Source: Halobacteriota archaeon (lineage in GTDB: Archaea; Halobacteriota; Bog-38; Methanoflorentales; Methanoflorentaceae). From it: a stretch of 64,000 bases of DNA. The stretch lies in assembly GCA_050013755.1 (NCBI GenBank), contig JBEKER010000006.1, forward strand, positions 872 through 64,871, written 5' to 3'. Below, in pieces: positions 9,999 to 19,515 of the stretch (position 1 is the first letter of the stretch; each line of letters starts with the position of its first letter). Under the pieces are notes generated by a model, which saw only the letters and a program-made list of their open reading frames with translations, did not search any database and had not been told where the DNA came from. The position numbers were made by a program, and so were the translations under genes.

Positions 9999-11270
9999 CT
10001 AGCTCTTTGAGTTGCTTAACGCCGCTTTTGCTATTTTTATCGCGCAAAGATCTCCGCACATGGAGCAAGCATCGGTCTGTCGGTTGTGGCAGCTGAATTT
10101 CGCTCTAGCTAGGTCTGGATCGACTGAAAGTCGGAATTGTTTTTCCCAGTCCAGGCTAGCCCGTGCTTTAGCCATCTCTTCGTCCAGCTTGTGTGCGCGG
10201 GGCATCCCTCTCGCAAGGTCGGCGACATGAGCGGCTATCTTTGTGACGATCGCTCCTTGCTTGATGTCGTCCGGTGTCGGCAACCCGAGGTGTTCTGACG
10301 GTGTCGTCATGCACAAAAAATCGGCACCAAACATTCCAGCGAGAGAGCCGCCGATTGCTCCTGTTATGTGGTCATACCCCGGCGCTATGTCTGTGACGAG
10401 AGGTCCTAGCAGGTAGAGTGGCGCACCGTCTGTCAACGATTTCATCGCTTTGACATTGGCCTCGATTTCGTTAAGTGGGACGTGACCAGGTCCTTCGACC
10501 AAGGCCTGGACACCGCTTTCGCGCGCCCGCTGTGTGAGGTCTCCGAGCTGTATATATTCCATGAATTTAGGACGGTCGCTTGCATCGTGCAAGCACCCTG
10601 ACCTCATGCCGTCACCAAGGCTGATCACGAAGTCATACTCACGTGCGAGCTCAAGGAGATAATCATACTCGACGTAGAAGGGGTTGTCTTCGCCGTTATG
10701 AACCATCCACGCAATGGTGAAAGCGCCGCCTCTGCTGACGACTCCCATAATTCTCTTGCTCTTCTTCAATACCTCGAGGGATTTCAAATTGACCCCCGCG
10801 TGGATGGTCATGAAATCAATGCCGTCTTGGGCGTGCTTGCGAACCGTGTCGAACATGTCATCTGTGGTCATTGATACAACAGCATCTCGCCGCATTGCTG
10901 CCTGATATATTGGCACCGTGCCAATCGGGGCTTTGATCTCTCGCAGAATTTGCCGCCGAATACTATCTAGGTCCCCGCCTGTCGACAGATCCATAACAGT
11001 ATCTGCACCGTAGCTCAACGCTATTCGTGCCTTTGCGAGCTCTTCGTTTTTGTCGATGTAGTCTATTGACGTGCCAATATTGGCGTTCACTTTTGTGCGT
11101 AGCGCTTCGCCTATGCCGATCGCCGCGATATCGTGCGTGGCGTTCTTAGGTATAACGCTGCGTCCACCGGCGATGAGGCGCCTAAGTTTATCGCTTGATA
11201 TGCCCTCTGATCTGGCAGCGTTTTTTATGTCGTCATTTAACCCTTTTTTGGCTTCCGTTAGTAGCGTCAT
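9999..11270 (-). CDS. thiC: Phosphomethylpyrimidine synthase
   Basis: The 423-aa product has [41 protein letters not shown], and a C-terminal CSMCGDLCA cluster motif. Confidence 0.95.
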   Translation of the reverse strand: MTLLTEAKKGLNDDIKNAARSEGISSDKLRRLIAGGRSVIPKNATHDIAAIGIGEALRTKVNANIGTSIDYIDKNEELAKARIALSYGADTVMDLSTGGDLDSIRRQILREIKAPIGTVPIYQAAMRRDAVVSMTTDDMFDTVRKHAQDGIDFMTIHAGVNLKSLEVLKKSKRIMGVVSRGGAFTIAWMVHNGEDNPFYVEYDYLLELAREYDFVISLGDGMRSGCLHDASDRPKFMEYIQLGDLTQRARESGVQALVEGPGHVPLNEIEANVKAMKSLTDGAPLYLLGPLVTDIAPGYDHITGAIGGSLAGMFGADFLCMTTPSEHLGLPTPDDIKQGAIVTKIAAHVADLARGMPRAHKLDEEMAKARASLDWEKQFRLSVDPDLARAKFSCHNRQTDACSMCGDLCAIKIAKAALSNSKS

Positions 11271-11397
11271 GGTACTCTTTGATTGCGGGTCCGCTCACAC
11301 CTCGTACGGTAATTACGTTCTTGTTGCTTAAAAATGTGAGCAGTGCTGGCCTTGTGTAGATCGGACCTAAGCTTTATCTTACTGCGTGCCGTAAGGT

Positions 11398-12027
11398 ATG
11401 GAAGTGCGCGTGGATACCTTTTCGCGGTCCTACGAGAGCAATACCTTCTGGTTAAGTGCAAGAAAAAATGCTGTGGTTGATCTCGGATCTGTAATGACAG
11501 CCAAACAGCTGCCGTTGGATGAAGCGTGTTGCATCATTTTGACTCACTTGCACTACGATCACACGGCGGCCTTAGACGGGCTGAAACTTAGTGGCACGAC
11601 AGTCGTAATGATGCACGAGGCCGACGCAAAAGCAATCGGGACGAGCGCTTCCGCGGCACATTTTTTTGGCGCTCTCGCCCCGAAGTTTCGCGTCGACACT
11701 GTGCTTACAGACGGCGCAGAAATTGATCTTGGTGATTCAACGCTGCGCGTGATTCACACTCCTGGACACACTCCTGGAAGCATCTGCCTTTACGAAGTCC
11801 AGTCGAAAAGCCTTTTTTCCGGAGACACAGTTTTTCCGTACGGTAGCATTGGTCGTACTGATCTGCCTGGCGGAAGCTCGCGTGACCTGATACGCTCGAT
11901 CTCGCGGTTGGTGACGTTAGACGTCAGCGTGCTATATCCTGGTCACGGGGAGGTAACTGCAAACAACGTAAATGAACAGATTAAACAGTCCCTCAAGCTC
12001 GCCAAAGCAGCGGAAGGCCCAGAGTAG
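11398..12027 (+). CDS. MBL-fold metallo-hydrolase (glyoxalase II-like)
   Basis: It has THLHYDHT (HxHxDH), HTPGHTPGS, GDTVF...GRTDLPGGS and PGHG. Confidence 0.8.
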   Translation: MEVRVDTFSRSYESNTFWLSARKNAVVDLGSVMTAKQLPLDEACCIILTHLHYDHTAALDGLKLSGTTVVMMHEADAKAIGTSASAAHFFGALAPKFRVDTVLTDGAEIDLGDSTLRVIHTPGHTPGSICLYEVQSKSLFSGDTVFPYGSIGRTDLPGGSSRDLIRSISRLVTLDVSVLYPGHGEVTANNVNEQIKQSLKLAKAAEGPE

Positions 12028-12490
12028 CGTCGCTAGCGGTGTTTACGTCTTAGTTCTTTCGTTAATCCGTGCCAAACGTGTGACGGTGGGACAGCTCCGG
12101 ACGATCGAATTTGCGCCAGGTTTGTACGCTTACGTAGGGTCGGCGATGGGGCCGGGCGGCTTCAAACGCGTTGCACGCCACTTGGATGTGTCTGCAGGGC
12201 GCAACAAGACTCACAGGTGGCACATCGATCATCTCTCAGCCGTCGCAGAGATAATCGGGATAAGTAAAATCGCAACTGGCGACCGAATCGAATGTGAAAT
12301 GGCGCGCAACTTAGCGCTAAACCCGGTGCTGACCGGCGTCACGGGTTTTGGCTCGTCAGATTGTAGGTGCTGTACGCATCTTTTCTATGCACGGCACCTT
12401 CATGACCTTGAAAACGCGATACAAAACCTCCTCAACAATCTATGTCAGGAGACAAGTCGTCTGTCTGTCAGCGTCGAAAAGTTGCGATAG
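11972..12490 (+). CDS. DUF123 (GIY-YIG/Uri-like) domain protein
   Basis: It has GVYVLVL...G.YAYVGSA.......R..RH......HRWHIDHL......CE.A...........GFGSSDC.CCTHLFY. The only in-frame start before the conserved N-terminus is the ATG at 11972, giving a 56-nt overlap with the upstream gene. Confidence 0.55.
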   Translation: MNRLNSPSSSPKQRKAQSSVASGVYVLVLSLIRAKRVTVGQLRTIEFAPGLYAYVGSAMGPGGFKRVARHLDVSAGRNKTHRWHIDHLSAVAEIIGISKIATGDRIECEMARNLALNPVLTGVTGFGSSDCRCCTHLFYARHLHDLENAIQNLLNNLCQETSRLSVSVEKLR

Positions 12491-12578
12491 GGCTGTGCCT
12501 ATGAAGCGGGAGCAGTCGCACCCACATAACTTATTTAAGGCTGCGAATCGAGGTCCCGCGCAGCGGAGGATGGACTGA

Positions 12579-13529
12579 ATGGGAATACTCACCAATACAG
12601 TCGGGAGCTACCCAACACACGATATTGGAGAAGCGCTGAAGGCAAAAATGAGCCTTCAAGATCTTATGGCCGGAAAGGATCCCTTCGTCACGTCGATTGA
12701 GGCTGCAGTCGCCGACCAACTAAGAGCCGGCATCGATCTGGTCTCTGATGGACAGGTCAGGGCGGATATGGTCAGCTTATTTGCGGCGGGGATTCCGGGC
12801 ATGAAAAGCGATAGGGGTCGCTCCTACATAACTGGAAAAATTAATCGACCCCTGAAAGCTATTACCGTAAAAGACTTCACGTTGGCACGCCAGTGTGCAG
12901 GAACGGATGCCAAAATCAAAGGGATCCTGACCGGTCCTGCTACACTCGCCGCATCGTCGTCTTTGAGTGCCGGCACGCCGTACAAGTCGAGTCTCGATCC
13001 GCGCTTGCTTGATGACTTGGCAAAAGCGCTCCGCTTTGAAGCAGAGCAGCTCGTTCGGGCTGGAGCGGATGCTTTGCAGATCGATGAACCCGTTTTGTAT
13101 AATATCGATGTCGAGAAAGTACTGAGATTTGTTGACGCGGCGGTCGATGGTATAAATATTACTGTGAAGCTTCATCCCCACGTCGCATCCTTCAAGGATT
13201 ATGAGCAGCTACTGAAGCTGGAAAACGTGCAATTTATCGGCGTCGAAGCAGCGAAATTCCCCGTTTTGCTGGATAAATTGACCGGAGCTGCGTTTGAAGA
13301 TCACGGAAAAAAAGCCGCGCTCGGCGTGGTCGACACTGACCGCCAAGAGGTCGAATCGGTAGAAACGGTAAAGAAGCGAATCGAGCGCGGCATAGACGTC
13401 TTTGGTGACGACATATGGATCAATCCCGATTGTGGGCTACGCCTTCAGAAAAGGGAAGTGGCATTTCAAAAGCTTAAAGTGATGGTTGATGCCGCCACGA
13501 GCGTCAAACGCGAGCTCAATTTATCCTAG
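12579..13529 (+). CDS. Core-MetE-like (cobalamin-independent methionine synthase C-terminal domain family) methyltransferase
   Basis: The 316-aa product has TNTVGSYP, VSDGQVR.DMV, ILTGP.T, IDEP and NPDCGLR. Its size matches the short methanogen MetE type. Confidence 0.7.
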   Translation: MGILTNTVGSYPTHDIGEALKAKMSLQDLMAGKDPFVTSIEAAVADQLRAGIDLVSDGQVRADMVSLFAAGIPGMKSDRGRSYITGKINRPLKAITVKDFTLARQCAGTDAKIKGILTGPATLAASSSLSAGTPYKSSLDPRLLDDLAKALRFEAEQLVRAGADALQIDEPVLYNIDVEKVLRFVDAAVDGINITVKLHPHVASFKDYEQLLKLENVQFIGVEAAKFPVLLDKLTGAAFEDHGKKAALGVVDTDRQEVESVETVKKRIERGIDVFGDDIWINPDCGLRLQKREVAFQKLKVMVDAATSVKRELNLS

Positions 13530-14337
13530 CATCCACCACTACGTGTGCAACGCCCGGGGCGTAGTCCTTCACTTTCCGCACGCTGAGCAACTCTGCTGGT
13601 CGAGCGAGTGCTCGCGCAGCCTGCGCCACGTGAGCACGAGGGCGCTCGCCTATCAATTCTAGCGGGACGAGTTCGTGGTAGTGTACGACGCCCCCGGGAA
13701 CGAGAGCTTGAAGCGCTCTGCAAAGATAGTCGCACGCGTCAAAATGTCCCATTATTACGCGGTCAAATTGCTCTTTTGGCGTGACGTCAGCGCAGTTGCC
13801 CAAGATAGGTCGGACTATGCCGTCAACATTGTTAAGCGTGATATTCTCCTTCAAGTAACCATATGCAATTGAATTGAGTTCAATCGCGCAGATTGATTGA
13901 GGGTTCGCGTGCACTGCCATTGGTATGCAAAGCTGACCTATGCCACTGAACATGTCAAGGACTTTTTCGTTGCCGCCGACTTTGCTCATTCGAACTCGCT
14001 CCGCAAAGTTGCCCGCACAGAACATGACGCGGCTCGCGTCGAGTGCGAATTTGCAATAGTTTTCCTTGTGGACGGTGCTCGTTTCTGAGCCCGCTATGAC
14101 TTCGATGTCAGGCGTACGTAAGCTACCGCGTATTCCTTTGTCCCACAATGCGCTCTTGCAGCGTGGGTACAGGTCCAGCAACGCCTCGCCTATGTCGCGT
14201 TTGAGGTGCTCAATTTTCGCCGGGATATTCACCAGCACCAAGTCGCCAAGGATCTGCCACCTGCGGGGAAGCAGCTGTTTTTCGTCTTCTGCGAGTGGCG
14301 CCGGAAGCAATGGTTCAAGCAGCTGATGCCCTCTCAT
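13516..14337 (-). CDS. trm5: Class I SAM-dependent tRNA methyltransferase, Trm5/Taw22 (Met-10+) family
   Basis: It has RWQILGDLVLV (typical Trm5 N-terminus), VLDMFSGIGQL (SAM motif I) and NP..ICAIELN. Confidence 0.7.
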   Translation of the reverse strand: MRGHQLLEPLLPAPLAEDEKQLLPRRWQILGDLVLVNIPAKIEHLKRDIGEALLDLYPRCKSALWDKGIRGSLRTPDIEVIAGSETSTVHKENYCKFALDASRVMFCAGNFAERVRMSKVGGNEKVLDMFSGIGQLCIPMAVHANPQSICAIELNSIAYGYLKENITLNNVDGIVRPILGNCADVTPKEQFDRVIMGHFDACDYLCRALQALVPGGVVHYHELVPLELIGERPRAHVAQAARALARPAELLSVRKVKDYAPGVAHVVVDARIN

Positions 14338-15356
14338 GGAAGGATGAATACTCCTTCTCGCGTCTTCACGACCTGCATCTCTTTACCTTCGTCGTCTTTA
14401 CAAACGTACGGGGGCCTTTTGATGGCAAGGGTGACGTAAGTATCCGGATCGAGCAGGTGGGCCTCATCGGCATCGATCGAGACCAAAACAGTTCTTTTCG
14501 CGTCACTTCGAGCGCCCAAGAGCTGGGCGTTGCGCAAATCTTCTGCTTTCAGAGCAGCGCTTTGGCCTGTTTCAAGGTCGACAGCGTTTGTGGTACTTGT
14601 TGCCGAACATATCTCATAAATGTGCTGCTTGGCCGAAATAATCGCGCCAGTCGGAAATTTAGGCAGCCTCACGGCGAAGGTTACACGGTAAATATCCTTT
14701 CCGTCGCGTCGTCCCACAAGCTTGGACGAATCGCTGAAGTTGCCGCCCATCTCCCGAACCAAGGCGCGGACAATTCGCTTTGCGGCTTTGACTCTGCCGA
14801 CGTACAGGTCAAGGCCTTCTCTTAGCTGGATGGTCTTAGCAATAAATGCCAGCCTATCCGCCTTCTGTGCGCTGCCAATGGTTCTTGTCACGATTTCGAG
14901 GGCGCGCTGTAACTCGCCATCGTCCGGCGTCCTGTGGTCGGCGCGTATTTGAACTTTACTTTCGTAGTAACCGCCTGAGATTCTAGAGCATCTGTCGCAT
15001 GTCGCTCGGTCTACGCGAACATCTACATCGAAACTCTTGTGTAGCGCTTCTCCAAGATGAAGAACGTCGACTTCGACGCGCGCTCGTACCATGGTCTGCG
15101 TAACTTCATTCAAAACTACCTTGACTGTGGCTTCGTCTACATCGATCGTGAGAGCCTCTTCGACCACATGGCCGATTGCGTGATCCAGGTCCTCGTTCAG
15201 CCAGTGCCCCCTGAAAAAGTGATCGGAGCACGTCGGACATATCTTGATGGTGAGGAATCTAGGAACTGCCGCGATATTATGATCTTGTGCGAGACACCGC
15301 TCGCATATACCGTCCGAGGGCTTGCCACAGCTGGGACAAATGCTTTTTAGAGTCAA
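14334..15356 (-). CDS. NMD3-family 60S/50S subunit export/biogenesis protein homolog
   Basis: N-terminal Cys clusters (CPSCG...CERC; CPTC; CDRC) are followed by the NMD3 core (GGYYESKVQIR). Its start overlaps the trm5 stop by 4 nt. Confidence 0.7.
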   Translation of the reverse strand: MTLKSICPSCGKPSDGICERCLAQDHNIAAVPRFLTIKICPTCSDHFFRGHWLNEDLDHAIGHVVEEALTIDVDEATVKVVLNEVTQTMVRARVEVDVLHLGEALHKSFDVDVRVDRATCDRCSRISGGYYESKVQIRADHRTPDDGELQRALEIVTRTIGSAQKADRLAFIAKTIQLREGLDLYVGRVKAAKRIVRALVREMGGNFSDSSKLVGRRDGKDIYRVTFAVRLPKFPTGAIISAKQHIYEICSATSTTNAVDLETGQSAALKAEDLRNAQLLGARSDAKRTVLVSIDADEAHLLDPDTYVTLAIKRPPYVCKDDEGKEMQVVKTREGVFILP

Positions 15357-15371
15357 ACGATCTCCTTTGAT

Positions 15372-15662
15372 TTAGAAAAGAACCATTTGGGCGTGCGGAA
15401 TGCCGTCAATCGTGATCACGCAGTGCTCATCTACGATGCCGCTGTCGATGCCGCAGGCAACAGATTGTTCGCCCACAAGATTCGCGATTGTAGCGTCTTC
15501 GAGTGCCTTTTTCACCTCGTCTTCGTCGGCAGGATGCCCTTTGAAGAAGTCTTCATTAACGGAGAGGTGAAGCTCTCCTTCACGAAATGTGCGCCCTATT
15601 AGTTCTGAATCACATACAGCAACAAGGATCTCTTTGTTAACACTGTATGACTTCAAGTACAT
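15372..15662 (-). CDS. DUF424 domain protein
   Basis: It has MYLKSY...EILVAVCDSELIGRTF.EG.L.L.V...FF.G........NLVGE.SV......G......I.GIPHAQ. The start is uncertain: ATG at 15662, or ATG at 15698 immediately after the MCM stop. Confidence 0.55.
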   Translation of the reverse strand: MYLKSYSVNKEILVAVCDSELIGRTFREGELHLSVNEDFFKGHPADEDEVKKALEDATIANLVGEQSVACGIDSGIVDEHCVITIDGIPHAQMVLF

Positions 15663-15699
15663 AGTCGTAAGAGTAGCGACATTATCGTTTTCAAGCATT

Positions 15700-17763
15700 T
15701 CATTGTTGTGTGAGCCTATAGTTACGGCTGTACCTAACTGGCTCAAATATTGCCGCTTCCTGCACCAGTCGGGCAATTTCGGCTTCGACTTTGTCTTTTT
15801 CAAATCCTAGTTTCGATGCCCTCTCTACAATTGTGTCAATGTGGGCGGATCCTGCCTCTCGCTCGAGTTCCCTAATGATATCCCTAATGCTTTTGATGCG
15901 TTCCTGCTGACTTTTGCTTTTTCCAACGGCTATTACGTCGAAATCTCGCTTCCCCGTTTCAGGGTCCACGCCGACCTCTTTCAGACAGGCTTCCACGATT
16001 TGAATAACGCGTTTCGCGTCCTCGAGCGTCACCCACTTGCTGAGTCTCATGCGCGCGCTCGCTTCGGCAAGTCGCACGAGAGCTTCGAGCTGGCGAGCGG
16101 TAATAGGGATCGGTGAACCCTCGCCGCCTTCTCTCCTTAAGCCTACGTAGTAGTCTATGAATTGCTGTTTGGCTTCTTCAGTGAGGATTGGATTGACCCT
16201 TTTTGCGTATCCGATGAACTTCCGCAGCAGCTCTGCTTCAATTTCTGGACTTATGATACTCATTGCGGCCTCTACCTCCTGATTGGGCATTCCTGAGGAG
16301 GCCAGTTCTCCTGCAAAATGCGACTGGAGTATGTGTTTCGCGATGCCTGTATCAGTGCTCTCGTTTGGTACATCGGTCAGCACGAAGATCAGGTCAAAGC
16401 GAGAAAGAAGGGTGGGCTGCATATTGATCTGCTCTGCGATTGATTCATACGGGTCGAATCTCCCGTATCGGGGGTTCGCAGCTCCCAGCAGAGCGCAACG
16501 GCTCTTAAGGTTTGCCATAATTCCCGCTTTTGCCACGCTGACGGTTTGCTGCTCCATCGCTTCGTGGAGAGAAGATCTATCCTCAGACCGCATCTTGTCC
16601 ATTTCATCAACTGCCGCTATTCCTTGATCTGCGAGCACAAGTGCGCCCGCCTCTAGAGTCCATCTGCCGTCGCCAAATTCATCTTTTATTGCGGTTGCCG
16701 TTAACCCCGCCGATGTCGAACTCTTGCCACTGGCGTATATACCCCTAGGCGCGAGCTGGACGACGTACCGCAGTAGTTGTGACTTGCCTATGCCAGGATC
16801 GCCCACAAGGAGAATGTGAATATCTCCTCGTACGTGTGAGCCGTCAGGAAGCTTTTTCGGCACCCCCGAAAAAAGTTGGAGCGCTATTGCCTCCTTGACG
16901 CTCTCATAGCCGAAAATTGATGGAGCTATTGAGCGCACGATTGCGCTATCAATTCCTGGGGTCTTTGCGAGCTCGACTATTTTGCTCTCATCCTCACCCG
17001 ATATTTCGATGTCCTGAAACTCTTTATCTTCAATTTCGATCGAATTTGCCTCGAGAAACAAATCGAAGGTCGTGCTTTTCACGTTCTGATACTGCCGTTG
17101 TGCAACTCGCAGTAAGCCAGTCATTACAACTCTATCGCCAGGAAATACCATTCCGGCCAGCGCGGCTTCCACGTTTGCATCGAGCGTCTGCGGTTGTTCT
17201 CCGCCTTTCAAGCCTTCAGGGGACTCTTGTAGCCGGATTTTTTGGGCATCGACGAATTTGGAATGCGCGAAATTCAACTTGAAAGGGCCTTTCTTCCTGC
17301 AGACCCGGTGAGAGCATTCAGCTGGCTCTTTGAGCTTGGCATCATCTTGTTCGACGCTTGTAATGTTGCCGCAGCTCAAACATTCGAAGCCCGCTTCAGT
17401 GAGCTTCGGACGAACCTCAGTGGCTTTGCGCACAAGCCCTTCGATTGATACGAGCTTGCCGACGTGGTCACTTCTCAGGTCTCTAATCTTTGTCTTATCA
17501 GAAACGTTGACGATGCGGACTTCCACGTCCAGTTTGCATTCGATGGGCAGATCATATTCAAGGAGCGCATCGTGCGCTGACCTTAGGACAGAAATTGGGC
17601 CCTCAATTAATGCATCTGCCAGAGCGATGTCGAAGTTTTGTAGGGCCTGATAGTCCACATCGATGCAGTTTATCTCTGGGTACTCGCTCGCGAGTTTGAG
17701 TATCTGCTTTTCGTAGTATCGGGCGAAAAATGTGGCCCACCGGTCCTTAAAGTCACCACTCAT
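15700..17763 (-). CDS. mcm: MCM replicative helicase
   Basis: It has an N-terminal OB/Zn region (CLSCG...C..RVC), Walker A GDPGIGKS, Walker B IAAVDEMDKM, the arginine finger SRFDLIF and a C-terminal wH. The ATG at 17763 is preferred over the TTG at 17781. Confidence 0.95.
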   Translation of the reverse strand: MSGDFKDRWATFFARYYEKQILKLASEYPEINCIDVDYQALQNFDIALADALIEGPISVLRSAHDALLEYDLPIECKLDVEVRIVNVSDKTKIRDLRSDHVGKLVSIEGLVRKATEVRPKLTEAGFECLSCGNITSVEQDDAKLKEPAECSHRVCRKKGPFKLNFAHSKFVDAQKIRLQESPEGLKGGEQPQTLDANVEAALAGMVFPGDRVVMTGLLRVAQRQYQNVKSTTFDLFLEANSIEIEDKEFQDIEISGEDESKIVELAKTPGIDSAIVRSIAPSIFGYESVKEAIALQLFSGVPKKLPDGSHVRGDIHILLVGDPGIGKSQLLRYVVQLAPRGIYASGKSSTSAGLTATAIKDEFGDGRWTLEAGALVLADQGIAAVDEMDKMRSEDRSSLHEAMEQQTVSVAKAGIMANLKSRCALLGAANPRYGRFDPYESIAEQINMQPTLLSRFDLIFVLTDVPNESTDTGIAKHILQSHFAGELASSGMPNQEVEAAMSIISPEIEAELLRKFIGYAKRVNPILTEEAKQQFIDYYVGLRREGGEGSPIPITARQLEALVRLAEASARMRLSKWVTLEDAKRVIQIVEACLKEVGVDPETGKRDFDVIAVGKSKSQQERIKSIRDIIRELEREAGSAHIDTIVERASKLGFEKDKVEAEIARLVQEAAIFEPVRYSRNYRLTQQ

Positions 17764-17906
17764 GCAGACTAAACTATACAAATCATTCCACTTAAATCTA
17801 AGCGAAGCAGTTACGCACTAATCAAAGCTTAAAACAGGGCTTTCCGGTGATTCAGCAAATTGGCGGCTTTGCTTCAGCGCGAAACCGCCAGGAGGACCTG
17901 TTGGCA

Positions 17907-18314
17907 CTACCTCTCGATGAACATCAGCGGATAGTCAGCGTCTTCGTCGTACTGCATCTTCACGAGCACTTTCGCTGTCCCATAGGTGACAACAAGCTGG
18001 ACGTCGAGCATCTTGCCTTCGAGTTCTGCATAGCCAAATTTGTTGATTTTCGACGCCACGCGGCCTCTGTCGATTCCGACGATAATGCTCTCGACGTAGG
18101 GCTGCACCCGTATACTTTCTTCGATTGCTTTTTCAAGGGTCGCAATTGTGTTCAAATCGAGTGGTGCGCCGACGTATTGGTGATATAACGCACCGAGTTT
18201 TATGCCTGCTTCAAAAAGCGCTTGGTCTCTCTCGTTTATCTGAAATACCTCCGGTACAATGGGTTCAGAACATACACAATCGAGAGTAGCAGGAGAACAG
18301 CGGAGATAATCCAA
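17907..18314 (-). CDS. mptD: Archaeal dihydroneopterin aldolase (methanopterin pathway), MptD-like
   Basis: ERDQALFEAGIKLGALYHQYVG.P......LE.AIEESI..QPYV...YPLM resembles the MJ0408-type DHNA. The only ATG/GTG/TTG start before the conserved block is 18314, which overlaps pssA by 79 nt, so the start is uncertain. Confidence 0.65.
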   Translation of the reverse strand: MDYLRCSPATLDCVCSEPIVPEVFQINERDQALFEAGIKLGALYHQYVGAPLDLNTIATLEKAIEESIRVQPYVESIIVGIDRGRVASKINKFGYAELEGKMLDVQLVVTYGTAKVLVKMQYDEDADYPLMFIER

Positions 18315-18916
18315 TAACTCGTTCCGATCGCGTAAAGAAGGAGGATGAGCAGGAGCAATGCGCCGACGACAGCGAGGGTAATTGTGTTTCTGACTTTCGG
18401 GTACTGGATATCGCTCACCATCAGTCCTGCGAGGACGAGAGCGACTGCCAACAAGCCGACGGCTGGAAGTCCAGCAAGAATATATAACGCGATTATCATT
18501 CCAGCCGCAGTGATGGGCAGCCCGGAAAAGGCAGCTTCCTGAGGGACGACGTTGTACCGCGCAAGCCGCAACATCCCACTGACTAAGTATAGGAACGACA
18601 CGACGAAGATCAAAAAGAAGAGAAAGCGGTAGCCTACAGCGTCTCTGACCGCGTAATACACTAGAATTGATGGCACCAAGCCAAAAGAAACAAAATCTGC
18701 AAGTGAGTCGAGCTGGAACCCGAGGCTTCCTTGTCCCCGTGTTCGGGCCAGGTAACCATCAGCTCCGTCTGCGAGGACGCACACAAGGACAAACACTGCG
18801 GCAATACCAATGTCGTTTGCCACTGCGAGAAAGAGGATGGCTAACATGCCAAACAGCAAGTTCACTATCGTGGCAACGTCCTGCTCTCTAAGTTCCAAAT
18901 CAAAAGGTAATCTCAT
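18236..18916 (-). CDS. pssA: CDP-alcohol phosphatidyltransferase, archaetidylserine synthase-like
   Basis: It has the motif DGADGYLAR....GSLGFQLDSLAD (D-G-x2-A-R-x8-G-x3-D-x3-D) and a multi-TM profile. Confidence 0.85.
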   Translation of the reverse strand: MRLPFDLELREQDVATIVNLLFGMLAILFLAVANDIGIAAVFVLVCVLADGADGYLARTRGQGSLGFQLDSLADFVSFGLVPSILVYYAVRDAVGYRFLFFLIFVVSFLYLVSGMLRLARYNVVPQEAAFSGLPITAAGMIIALYILAGLPAVGLLAVALVLAGLMVSDIQYPKVRNTITLAVVGALLLLILLLYAIGTSYWIISAVLLLLSIVYVLNPLYRRYFR

Positions 18917-18927
18917 AACACCTTCCC

Positions 18928-19515
18928 CTATACAAGCAACTTAGCGATTGTCGTCTTTCCCGCTTTGACTCTTTGCCCTCGCGATACGACAAATGAATAC
19001 CCGCTCGGGAGTGCAACGTCGACCCGTGAGCCAAATCGAATCATGCCTATTCTCTGGCCTCTCCCGAGAATTTCGTTTTGCTTGACGTAGCATACGATCC
19101 GTCTGATGACTGCACCTGAGATTTGGGTGACGATAACATTCCCAAGCCGAGTTCGTATAGTAATGCTGTTCCGCTCATTTTTGTCCGATTCCTTATGAAA
19201 CGCGGGGAGCCTGCCTCCTTTGTGGTAACGTATGTCGATGACTTCACCATCGACGGGAGATCTATTGACGTGTACGTTATGAATATTCATAAAAATGCTG
19301 AGCTGGTTGTCTTGTATCTTGAGCACTCTGCCATCTGCAGGACTGACTACGTCGGTCGCGTTATGGCTTTCCGATAACCGTTCAGGATCTCTGAAAAAGA
19401 GAAAAAGGGACAGCGTAAGGACTATCCCAAGCAACGCGTAAGGAGTGAAGAATCCCATGAACGCCGTTAGCGCGGCCCCCCCCAGAATCCAATATTCAGA
19501 CCCCTTAGCTAGCAC
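18928..19515 (-). CDS. psd: Archaetidylserine (phosphatidylserine) decarboxylase proenzyme
   Basis: It has an N-terminal TM, SPADG, NVHVNRSP.DG and the self-cleavage-type motif FGSRVDV. The GTG start at 19515 overlaps the artA end by 11 nt. Confidence 0.8.
   Translation of the reverse strand: MLAKGSEYWILGGAALTAFMGFFTPYALLGIVLTLSLFLFFRDPERLSESHNATDVVSPADGRVLKIQDNQLSIFMNIHNVHVNRSPVDGEVIDIRYHKGGRLPAFHKESDKNERNSITIRTRLGNVIVTQISGAVIRRIVCYVKQNEILGRGQRIGMIRFGSRVDVALPSGYSFVVSRGQRVKAGKTTIAKLLV

Noticed and set aside
11271-11397. A TPP (THI-box) riboswitch might lie upstream of thiC.
   Set aside because: I read the - strand leader and found no CUGAGA element and no ACCUGAUCUGGAUAAUGCCAGC-like P4/P5 segment. 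GGUCCGAUCUACACAAGGCCAGC shows only a superficial resemblance and cannot form the required helix.
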